NCBI GenBank assembly: GCA_963708075.1
Contig: OY970194.1
Location: 7,232,001-7,296,000, forward strand
Origin: Sedimentisphaerales bacterium
Lineage (GTDB): Bacteria; Planctomycetota; Phycisphaerae; Sedimentisphaerales; Anaerobacaceae
Direction of reading: 5' to 3'
Length of the DNA: 64,000 bases
Shown here: piece by piece, positions 51,333-61,400 of the stretch
Layout: each line of letters begins with the position of its first letter
How positions within the stretch are numbered: the stretch's first letter is position 1
Notes under the pieces: model-generated
Seen by the model: only the letters and a program-made list of their open reading frames with translations
The model's database searches: none
Told to the model about the DNA's origin: nothing
Translations under genes and position numbers: made by a program

Positions 51333-54280
51333 ATGAGAGCCGGATGGTTGCGGATCAGTGGGATCGTGCTCATCGCATCGGCCGCACTGGGATCGTCTTC
51401 TCCCGCAGACAATTCGCGAGTTCGAGAATCCGCGAGGGAGCTGCCCCTGGTGTATTCGGTGGACGTGGTGGTGGTTGGGGGGTCGTCAGGGGCCGTCGCA
51501 GCGGCCTGCGAGGCGGCCCGTTGCGGCGCACGCGTATTCCTGGCTACGCCTAAGCCCTATCTCGGCGATGATCTCTGTGCGACGTTGCGCCTTTGGGCGG
51601 ACCCAAATGATCGCGCCCGCTCCGCACTTGGGGAGAGGCTCTTTGCAGGGGGTGACCCGCTGCGGCCGATGCATGTGAAGCGTACACTGGATCAGGCCCT
51701 GCTCGATGCCGACGTACCGTTTCTCTATGGCTGTTACGTGACGGACGTGCTTCGGGATGACTCCGGGCAGATCGCAGGCGTGGTCATGGCGAACCGAGCC
51801 GGACGACAAGCGGTTGTGGCCAAGGTGATCGTGGACACGACCGAACGTGCCACGGTGGCCCGGCTGGCCGGCGCCACTGTCCGATCCTCATCGCCGGGCC
51901 CGCATCAGTTCAAACGGGTGGTCATCGGCGGCGAGCCCCGTCAGAGCGAGCGCATGAGCGTCCGCCGGCTGGATCTGGACTGGTTTTCCGATGGCCGGCG
52001 GCACCCAGCGTTCGAATACACCCTGACGCTGCCGGCAGACGGATCGTTCCGGTCGCTCGCTGAGGTTGAGCAACTCGCGCGCGACGCCACGTTTCATCCC
52101 CGGCAACTGGAAGCATCCGACACACTCTTTCACGTACCGCCGGACCGCCTGATGGCCCAGAGTGAATCGACCGGCCCCTGGCCCGGGCCGGAACGGGCAG
52201 ACCTGGCTTCCTTCCGCCCGGCGGGTGTGAAGCACATGTTTCTCCTTGGCGGCTGTGCGGACCTGCCTCGTCCTGCGGCAGAAGCACTCTTGCGACCGGT
52301 GAACCTGATGGCCGTCGGCGCCCGCATCGGCCGGGCAGCCGCCGAAGAGGCGACATCACGTCCGCAGCCGCAAGGCACAAGACTGCCCGGCGATGCACAC
52401 GATGCTGTGACGGCCGGCGATATTCGCGAGATCCTGACGGGGGTCCGCCCGACGCAGACGGGGCTGCCGACAATCCGCAGTGAGGCACGCACGATCCCGG
52501 TACTCGGCGAATATGACGTGGTGGTCGTCGGGGGCGGCACGTCCGGCGCGGCAGCGGGCATTTCCGCCGCCAGACAAGGCGCCCGAACGCTCGTGATTGA
52601 ATACCTGTACAGTCTCGGCGGCGTTGGCACGGCCGGTTTGATCGGCAAGTACTGGAACGGTGTTCGCGAGGGCTTCACCAAACAGGTGGACGAGGGCGTG
52701 GGAAAACTCGGGGCTGCCGTGCATGTCGTTGGTAAAGCGGAGTGGTGGCGGCAGGAATTGCGCCGGTCCGGCGCGGAGATCTGGTCTGGTGCGCTTGGCT
52801 GCGGCGTCTGGCTTGCAGGCGACCGTGTCCGGGGCGTCGTCGTGGCCACGCCGGATGGTCGCGGCATTGTGTCGGCGAAAGTGGTCATTGACGCCACGGG
52901 CAATGCTGATGTAGCCGCGGCGGCAGGCGCGCCCTGCGTCTACACGGGCGGCTCGGATATCTCGCTCCAATTGGCCGGGATGCCGGGCGCAATCCGGGCG
53001 ACTCCTACGTCAACACCTGCTACACCTATGCCGATGACACCGACGTGGTGGACATCTGGCACATGCGCGTGTACGCCAAGGACCGTTTCCGTGCGGCCTA
53101 TGACCTGGGCCAGCTCGTCGATACCCGGGAGCGCCGTCAGATTGCCGGCGACGCCATGCTGACTCCCATCGATCAACATGCCGGAAGGACCTACGCCGAC
53201 ACGATCTCCGTTCATCAAAGCAACTATGACATGTACGGCTTCCCGGTCCATGCGCTGTACCTGCTTAAGGCGCCGCCGAAAGATCAGGTGTTTCGCTGCT
53301 ACCTGCCGTACCGCTGCCTGCTGCCTCGCGGCCTGGATGGTCTGCTTGTGATCGGCATCGGGCTCAGCGCCCATCGCGATGCTATGGCGGCCATACGAAT
53401 GCAGGCGGACATGCAGAATCTCGGCTATGCCGCCGGCGTTGTCGCTGCCCGGGCGGCCAGGGAGGCCGGACCACTGCGCAGCGTGGATCTCAAGGCGGTG
53501 CAAGAGCACCTGATCGAAATGGGCAATCTGCCCGCCGAAGTGCTCACGCATCAGGATTCCTTCCCTTCGCCGGCCGACAAGGTTCGCGAGGCCGTTCACG
53601 GCCCACTCGACGACTACGGTGCTCTGGCCATTGTCCTTGCGCATCCCGAGCAGTCGCTGCCGGGATTGCGTGAGGCATACGCACATGCGGATGACGCCGC
53701 GAAATTACAGTACGCCCGCATCCTGGCTGTGATGGGTGACAGCACGGGGATTGCGACACTGCTCGAAGCCGTGCACAGCCTGTCCTGGGACAAGGGCTCG
53801 GATCTCGCCGCGTTCGGCGACAAGGGCGCCAATTACAGTCGCGTGGACGCTCTGATCATCGCGCTGGGGTATACTCGCGATACACGGGCCCTGCCGGCTG
53901 TTTTGGAGAAGGCCCGCCAGTTGGGACCGGATCAGCCGCTCTCACATGTCCGTGCCCTAGCCATCGCGCTGGAATCGATTGGCGATCCCGCCGCCGCGGA
54001 ACCCCTCGCCGAACTCCTGAAAAGGCCGGGCATGATGGGCCACGCTATCACAACGCTGTCCGAAGCCCGGCGCATCCTCGGCGAAGAACAACAGGGCCAG
54101 GGCCGCACCGCGCAGTCCGTGAACCCTGCCGTCCGTGAGATCGTTCTGGCGCGGGCCCTCTATCGCTGCGGCGACCGGCAAGGCCTCGCCGAGGGTATCC
54201 TGCGCCAATACGTGCAGGATCTGCGTGGCCACTTCGCCCGCCACGCCCAGGCCATCCTCAGCACAGGGGACCCCAAATAG
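51333..54280 (+). CDS. Secreted FAD-dependent oxidoreductase with two FAD-type domains and C-terminal HEAT repeats (frameshift at ~52986)
   Basis: DVVVVGG twice, IDATG.AD, RE.R.I.G, LPYRCLLP. One added G restores MPGRNPGDSY. Confidence 0.83.
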
Positions 54281-54316
54281 CCTCAAATGTAGTGCATTCA
54301 GCCTGGCATGGATGGA

Positions 54317-54409
54317 GGTCCTATCCGCTTGACGGATGCAATAGCCGGTACTGTGGGGACCCCATAGGGGTAGGGGAGGGCTCCCCCGGCTGCCTCCCTG
54401 TACTCTCGC
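54317..54409. repeat. Dispersed ~95-bp intergenic repeat, copy 2
   Basis: Aligns with 42808-42902 in the same orientation. Confidence 0.85.
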
Positions 54410-54628
54410 CGCCTGTCTGGACACATCCACCGTGGAGTAGCTCCGTCGCATAGGTGAAAGCCGCGTCCTACGATGGTAGACGCCAGTATGCCACGGCGAT
54501 CTTCTCACCGAACATCTCCTCCAGGGTCTCTTGCGGCAGGAACTGGTCCTTGAGGCTTTGCCCGCGAGCATTGGTCTACGGTATAATCCGGTGCGTCGCT
54601 GGAGAAGAACTTGACGAGGGTCATTAGA

Positions 54629-57325
54629 ATGAAAGACACGGTTTTGCCGCACGATGGGACTGGGAACGGTGAGCCCGAGGATAAGGGTGTCAGCCGCCGC
54701 GACTTCTTCAGGAACACCGCCCTTGTTGGGACGGGGATGTGGGTCGCCGGGGCGGAGGCCGGGGCGGGGAGGGAGCCGGACGTGTTCGTGCCTTCCGATC
54801 CGGCCGCGATTGAGAAACACGCCGGCCCACCGATGAAGCTGCCCGATCTGCGGCCTGCACGCTGGCTCTGGTATCCCAGCGAACGATGTCTGGCCAATAC
54901 GATGGTGCTGTTCCGCCGTGAACTCGATTTGCCCGTCAAACCCAAACGGGCCATCGGATGGGTCCTGGGCAGCAGCCGTTACCTCCTTTTCGCCAATGGC
55001 CGCCGCATCCAGTTTGGCCCCGCGCCGTGCGACCCTCGCTTCGAGGAAATCGATCCGATGGACTTGACAGACGTCCTTCAGGCGGGAAGCAACGTCCTCG
55101 GCGCACAGGTGCTCTACTACGGTCATGGCGAGGGGACCTGGCCTGCGGGCAAGCCTGGTTTCCTCTTCTGCCTCGACCTCGAAATGCCTGACGGGACGAA
55201 GCAGCGTGTCGTCTCTGATGGTCAATGGCACGCGCATCTGGCCCGGGCGTGGCGACCGGGGCAGTACAAGCGGTGGTATTTACGCGCGTTCCAGGAGGAG
55301 TTCGACGCGAGGTTGTATCCGCACGGCTGGTCCACGCCGGGATTCGTGCCGAACCGCAACTGGCTCTCGGCCCGCGTGCTCGACGGTCCCGCGGACAAGC
55401 CGTCCATCGCCGCCGGCTACGGCGACTACGCACAAGACATCGGCGCTCCGCAAAGCGGGACGGAACTGCGCCCACGCAGCGTGCCGCTGCTGCTAGAGAC
55501 GCTCGTCCCTGTCAAACAACTGACCGAGCAGTTCCGTGTCGAGTGGCTTCGCCCGGCGGAGGAGTATTTCGAGTGCGTGCCGCCGAACGCCTTCAAGGCC
55601 AAGGCCGCCACAATCGGTAAGGAAGTCGGGCCGGGCGTCTGGCAGGTCGATCTCGATGGGTCGCGAGCTGCGGCGCTGACATTCGAGTTGCAGGAGCAGA
55701 TTGTCGGCTGGCCCTATTTCACCATCGAGGCGCCGGCGGGCACGACGGTTGAGCTGCTGGTGCAGGAGGCGCACGCGCCGGGCGGGCCGCCGCTGCTGAA
55801 CACGCATTTCCACGCCTGGTCACGCTTCATCTGCCGTGAGGGCGTGAACCGGTTCGAGACGTTCGACTTCGAGAGTCTGCGCTGGCTGCAACTTCACATC
55901 CGCAACACCCGGGGTACCGTGACCGTGCGCGACGTGGGCGTGCGTCGCCGCCAGTTTCCATGGCCTCACGAGCCGCATGTGCAATGCTCCGACGCGGCGA
56001 TCCAGCTCGTCCTCGATGCCTCCATCAACACGCTCCGCAACTCCGCACAGGAGACGGTGGTGGATGGAATGGGCCGTGAGCGCCAGCAATACAGCGGCGA
56101 CGGCGGACACCAGCTCCACGCGATCTACTTCGCCTTTGGCGAGACGCGCTTGCCGGGACGTTTTGTGCGCACGTTCAGCCAGGGCATGACGCTGGACGGC
56201 TATTTCCTGGACTGCTGGCCGGCGTACGATCGCCTTGCTCGCCTCGCACAGCGTCAGCTCGGTTTCACCCCGTGGGGTCCGCTGCTCGATCATGGCGTCG
56301 GCTTCAACTTCGACTGTTACTACTTCTACCTGCACACGGGTGACGTGGGGCCATTGGCTGAGGTGTATCCGCGGTTGCTCACGTTCGCCGGCACCCTTCG
56401 CCGTATGCAGGGCCGCGACGGGCTGCTGCCCGTGGAGAACACCGGCGTGCCGGCCGTATGGATGGACCACCAGGCCTATCGTCGGCAACGTCACAAGCAA
56501 TGCGCCTTCAACCTCTACGCGGCGGCCATGCTGGAGAGGGCGCTGCCGGTCCTGGCGGGTGCTTTCGGCGATGACGCCAACGCCCGTGCTGCAGCCCGCT
56601 TCGGCCAGGAGCTGCGCGTCGCCGCAGTGAAGGCATTTTGGAGCGAGGAGCACGAGCTGTTCGTCGTCAACCGACCCTGGCTCGCGGAGGAAAAGGAGAT
56701 GCGTCTCTGTGACCGTTCGACCGCCACCGCGATCTTGTTCGACCAGTGCCCCGACGGCCGCGCCGCTGCATCGCTCAAGGCGCTGGCTGAGGTGCCGAAG
56801 ACGATGGGCGAGTCGTACCCGTGCAATGCCAACTGGCGATATTGGGCGCTGGCCAAGGGCGGGAGGATCGACGTCGTGTTGCAGGCGCTGCGCCAGCGAT
56901 GGGCCACGATGCCGTCGGTGCGTCTGAACAACACGCTCCAGGAGGACTGGACAGCCCAGCCCGACTCCGGCTCACAATGGAGCCATTGTGCGGTGGCGCC
57001 CCTATACTGCTTCTTCATGAACGTGGCCGGCATTCAGCCTCTGGAGCCGGGCTTTCGCCGATGCGAGATCCGCCCGCAATTGGGCGACCTCGAGAACCTC
57101 GACCTCACTGCCCACACCGTGCGCGGACCGATTCAATTCCGCAGCCAGGGTCCGCTCGGCCGGCGAGAGCTCGCTATTACGCTGCCTGCGGACTGTGAAG
57201 GCGAGTTGGTCCTGCCTGCCGGCGAACAGCCGGAGCTGGAGAGACTGGTCAGCCCACAAGATGGCCTGGATCGGTATCGGCTGGCGACGGGTGCAAGCGT
57301 TCGCCTGACGCTTCGCAAGGTGTGA
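54629..57325 (+). CDS. Tat-signal alpha-L-rhamnosidase-like protein (GH78)
   Basis: SRRDFF signal; FRRE, Y.LF.NG, D...RERQQYSGD, TLQEDW, SQWSH, GI.P..PGF....I.PQ, T.RG.I. Confidence 0.82.
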   Translation: MKDTVLPHDGTGNGEPEDKGVSRRDFFRNTALVGTGMWVAGAEAGAGREPDVFVPSDPAAIEKHAGPPMKLPDLRPARWLWYPSERCLANTMVLFRRELDLPVKPKRAIGWVLGSSRYLLFANGRRIQFGPAPCDPRFEEIDPMDLTDVLQAGSNVLGAQVLYYGHGEGTWPAGKPGFLFCLDLEMPDGTKQRVVSDGQWHAHLARAWRPGQYKRWYLRAFQEEFDARLYPHGWSTPGFVPNRNWLSARVLDGPADKPSIAAGYGDYAQDIGAPQSGTELRPRSVPLLLETLVPVKQLTEQFRVEWLRPAEEYFECVPPNAFKAKAATIGKEVGPGVWQVDLDGSRAAALTFELQEQIVGWPYFTIEAPAGTTVELLVQEAHAPGGPPLLNTHFHAWSRFICREGVNRFETFDFESLRWLQLHIRNTRGTVTVRDVGVRRRQFPWPHEPHVQCSDAAIQLVLDASINTLRNSAQETVVDGMGRERQQYSGDGGHQLHAIYFAFGETRLPGRFVRTFSQGMTLDGYFLDCWPAYDRLARLAQRQLGFTPWGPLLDHGVGFNFDCYYFYLHTGDVGPLAEVYPRLLTFAGTLRRMQGRDGLLPVENTGVPAVWMDHQAYRRQRHKQCAFNLYAAAMLERALPVLAGAFGDDANARAAARFGQELRVAAVKAFWSEEHELFVVNRPWLAEEKEMRLCDRSTATAILFDQCPDGRAAASLKALAEVPKTMGESYPCNANWRYWALAKGGRIDVVLQALRQRWATMPSVRLNNTLQEDWTAQPDSGSQWSHCAVAPLYCFFMNVAGIQPLEPGFRRCEIRPQLGDLENLDLTAHTVRGPIQFRSQGPLGRRELAITLPADCEGELVLPAGEQPELERLVSPQDGLDRYRLATGASVRLTLRKV

Positions 57326-57463
57326 GGCAATCTTCTGCTGCCGCAGGCCCGCGCCTTAGCCTGGGTCGAACCTGCCCAGCCCCTTGGCCTTTGGCGGTGA
57401 TCAGCGTAGAATAGGTCAACGTGCAGAACGCAGCAAGGCATGCGTTGGACCATAATCTTCGCG

Positions 57464-58228
57464 ATGCAAGAGGACTCAGTGAATCACGATTCGCTTGGAG
57501 CCGCCCAGTCCGGTACGGGCGCATCATTCGCCCCTACCCGCTGGACCATGGTGGTTGCCGCCGGGCAGGAGGATTCGCCGGCTGCCCGACAGGCCCTGGA
57601 GTTTCTATGCCAGAGGTATTGGCCTCCCCTCTATCTTTACCTCCGCAGGCAGGGCTATGACAGGTCTCGTGCGGAAGACTTCGTGCAAGGGTTCTTCACC
57701 CATCTGCTGGAAAAGCGGGGGCTGCAAACCGTGAAGCCTCAGAAGTACAAGTTCCGGTCCTTTCTGCTGGCGTCTCTGAAGAATTTCGTGACCGATGAGT
57801 GTCGCCGGGCCCAGACCGAGCGACGCGGTGGCGGCAAGTGCATCCTGCCGCTGGAATTCGAGCAGGCGGAGACCCGCTACTCGCTTGAGCCCGCTGACCG
57901 ATTGTCCGCTGACAAGCTTTTCGACCGATCCTGGGCGCTGACAGTTATCGCCAGAGCGATGGAGATGCTCCGTCGCGAGTACGCCGACGCAGGCAAGGGC
58001 GAGCTTTTCGAGCAGTTGAAGGACCATGTCACGATCGAGCCGCAAGCGGGCTTCTACCGCCAGAGTGCAGATCGCCTGGCCATGAGCGAGGGAGCGGTCA
58101 GAGTGGCAGCGCACCGGCTTCGGCAGCGATTGCGCGAACTGATTCGCGGCGAGATCGCAGAGACGGTGACGACGGCCGAGCAGCTCGAGGAAGAGATACG
58201 AGACCTTTTCGCCGCATTCGAGCGGTGA
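57464..58228 (+). CDS. ECF sigma factor, kinase-associated type
   Basis: F.PT.WT.V, ALE.LC..YW.PLY.YLRR.G, AED.VQGFF, FRSFLL, FDR.WA, L.MSEGAV.VA.HRLR. Start uncertain. Confidence 0.88.
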   Translation: MQEDSVNHDSLGAAQSGTGASFAPTRWTMVVAAGQEDSPAARQALEFLCQRYWPPLYLYLRRQGYDRSRAEDFVQGFFTHLLEKRGLQTVKPQKYKFRSFLLASLKNFVTDECRRAQTERRGGGKCILPLEFEQAETRYSLEPADRLSADKLFDRSWALTVIARAMEMLRREYADAGKGELFEQLKDHVTIEPQAGFYRQSADRLAMSEGAVRVAAHRLRQRLRELIRGEIAETVTTAEQLEEEIRDLFAAFER

Positions 58229-58282
58229 GGCCCAAATGGCTTACGATTTACGATTTTCGATGTACGATTTGCACCTGACGAT

Positions 58283-58376
58283 GGGTGGCAGCGGCAAGCG
58301 CAGCTTGCCGATGGCTCGTGGGATATGCGTCAACACCATCGGCAAGCTCCGAAAACTCCGCTTGCCGCTGCCACCC
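58283..58376. repeat. REP/MITE-like long inverted repeat
   Basis: 18-bp outer arms gggtggcagcggcaagcg/cgcttgccgctgccaccc; 13-bp inner arms agcttgccgatgg/ccatcggcaagct. Confidence 0.75.
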
Positions 58377-58488
58377 CTGTTTGTCACCTTGACAGGAGCA
58401 GAAAGATCGTGCGGATTCGTGTAACGCTCGGACGATTTCTCCGTACGTAACAGCGGATTTGATTCCGCCATTGAAGCCGGAGAAGGTC

Positions 58489-61400
58489 ATGAGCCAGGAA
58501 AAGCAGTGTCCGCAATGCGGCGGGGTCCTCCCGAGCGGTACGCCGGAAGGACAGTGCCCCCGGTGCATCCTGCAACTCGTTGCAGCTCCCGAGGCCGGGG
58601 ACGGCGACACCCGTGCGCCTTCGGCCCCGATCGAGGGGCCGGGCACGGTGATCGGGCCCTACAAGCTCCTCGAAAAGATCGGCGAAGGGGGCATGGCGGT
58701 CGTCTACATGGCCGAGCAGGAGAGGCCGCTGCGCCGGCGCGTCGCCCTGAAGATCATCAAGCTCGGCATGGATACCCGCCAGGTTGTGGCCCGCTTCGAC
58801 GCCGAGCGACAGGCCCTGGCCATCATGGACCACCCGAATATTGCCCGGGTGTTCGATGCCGGCGCCACGGAGGCGGGACGTCCCTATTTCGTCATGGAGC
58901 TTGTGCGCGGGGTTTCCATCACCGAGTACTGTGACCGCAACCGGCTGAGCACACAGGAGCGGCTGGAGCTGTTCGTCCCCGTCTGCAACGCCGTGCACCA
59001 CGCTCATCAGAAAGGCATCATCCACCGCGACCTGAAGCCGTCGAATATCATGGTGACCCTGCACGACGGCGTGCCCGTGCCCAAGGTCATCGACTTCGGT
59101 ATCGCCAAGGCCATGAATCAGCGGCTCACGGAGCAGACGATCTTCACGCGCTACGCAGAGATGATCGGAACGCCCGAGTACATGAGCCCGGAGCAGGCGG
59201 AGATGAGCGGGCTGGATATCGACACCCGCACGGACATCTATTCGCTCGGGGTCGTGCTGTACGAATTGCTCACCGGGACACTGCCGTTCGACGCCGAGAC
59301 ACTGCGTTCGGCAGCCTTTACCGAGGTCCAGCGGATCATTCGCGAGCAGGAGCCGCTGCGGCCAAGCACGCGTCTTTCAGCTCTTGGCCCGGAGGCGCAG
59401 CGGATCGCCGAGGCCCGCCACACCGATATCACCGCCCTGGCCAAATCTCTCCAGAAGGAGCTGGAGTGGATTCCGCTCATGGCGATGCGCAAGGACCGGA
59501 CCCGCCGATATCGCTCCGCCTATGAGTTCTCCGATGATATCCGCAACTATCTCGATGGCAGGCCATTGATCGCCGGACCGGAATCGGCCGCATACCGCCT
59601 GCGCAAGCTGCTGCGAAAGCACAGGGTGCCCGTGGCGACGACCGCGGCCATCATGGCCATTCTGCTGATTGGCTTCGTGACCAGCACCTGGCTGTACATT
59701 CGGGTTCAACGGGCACAGCATGCAATGGTGACATTGGAGCGGACTGTGGACGCCGACCGCAAGCTCTCCTCGGCGCAGCGGCTCCAGGCCGAGGGACGCT
59801 ACAAAGAAGCGCTCGACGTCCTGGAGGACTATCTCAAGAACGGACAGGCCGAACCGGCAGCGCGACTGCTGCGCGCGAATCTGCTGTACACGCTCGACCG
59901 GTTTGACGAGGCCCAGACTGAGCTGACCAGCCTGCTTGAGGGCCCGCCGCAGATCGCGGGACCGGCGCACTGCCTGCTGGCGACGATCCATATGGGCAGC
60001 AATCCTGCCAAGGCTCAGTTGCACCAGCAGGCGGGCGAATCGCTCCTGCCGCAGACGGCCGAAGCATACACGCTTCGCGGCATCACAGCCGACGACTCGA
60101 TGGCGACCGCCGCGTGGCTGTTGAAAGCAGTGGAAATGGACCCGGCCTACTACCCGGCGCGAAAGGCGCGAGCCTTGGCGTGTGAGGCTGTAGGGGACTA
60201 CGCGACGATGACAACCGATGCCGAGGCCATGATCGTCATGAGGCCGAAAGACGCACTGGGATATGCGCTGCGAGCGATCACCCGGCGGGAAGCGGGACAA
60301 TATGATGCCGCCATGGAGGACCACAATCGTGCGATCTCGCTGTGTGACAGTCAGGCCGAACTGCTTGAACTCCATGACCAGCGTCGCAGGACTCTGACGC
60401 AGATGCGGGAGTACCAGGCCGCACTGCAGGATGCCCGGTACTGCGCCACATTGAGGCCGAACGACCTCCGCAACGGATTCGAGCTACTGGCAACCCTGGT
60501 CCTGGCAGGCGATTATCCCGGGGCAAAGGAGCAGCACGCCCAGCTTGTCCGCCAGCCCCGGTATAGCTTCTACAAGCTATGGATTTACCGATACACTTTC
60601 CGACTGCTCATCGCGGGGCATTCGCTGGAGCTGCCCAAGGACATCATTGGCGACGAGCCGTTCTCCCTGATGCAGAAGGCCACCGATCAATACCGCGTGT
60701 GTCAGACTCTGGGGACGTGCCTGGTTCCATCGGCATTTGGGGTGCCCGGGTGGTCTCCCGACGGTAAGGAACTGGCCTACGGCAGGATCGATCTGTATGG
60801 TCTGCGCAGCGGGTCTCCCACCTCCGGGGCGCCGCTGGTTTATGAGCCCGGAAGGCTCGAAGTCCTGGACATCGAGACGGGCCGGGTGCGAGTCCTGGCC
60901 ACCTCCGGCAAGACCTGTGCCTGGTCGCCGGATGGCCGGTGGATTGCGTTCGATCGTGTCCCGAACCGCGGACCGGCCGGCTGCGCTTCTGAGCTGTGGG
61001 TCGTTTCTGCGACCGGTGGGCAGCCTCGCTATCTGGCGCGTGGGGACTGGCCCAACTGGGTGGGTCGGACGGGGCAACTGTTCTATCACTCCGGTGGTTG
61101 CGCCTACTCTCTCAACGTTGATGATCCTCTCGACAAGCCGGAGTCGATTCTTGCTTGTGATCCCTACTTTGCCGTGTCGCCCGATGGCAAGTATCTGGCG
61201 CATTCGGAGGCGGACAGACTTTCTGTCGTGGAGATCTCCAGTGGCCAGGTGAAGGCCAGGTGGACGGCGCCTCCACCGGACGGGCAGCACGGCATGGCGC
61301 TGAGGTGGACGCCGAACGGAAGAGAAGTCCTTGCGGGCGGGCTGCATCAAGGGGAGATGGGGCTCTGGAGCTTCGATGTCGAGCGGGAGAAGGCCTGGCA

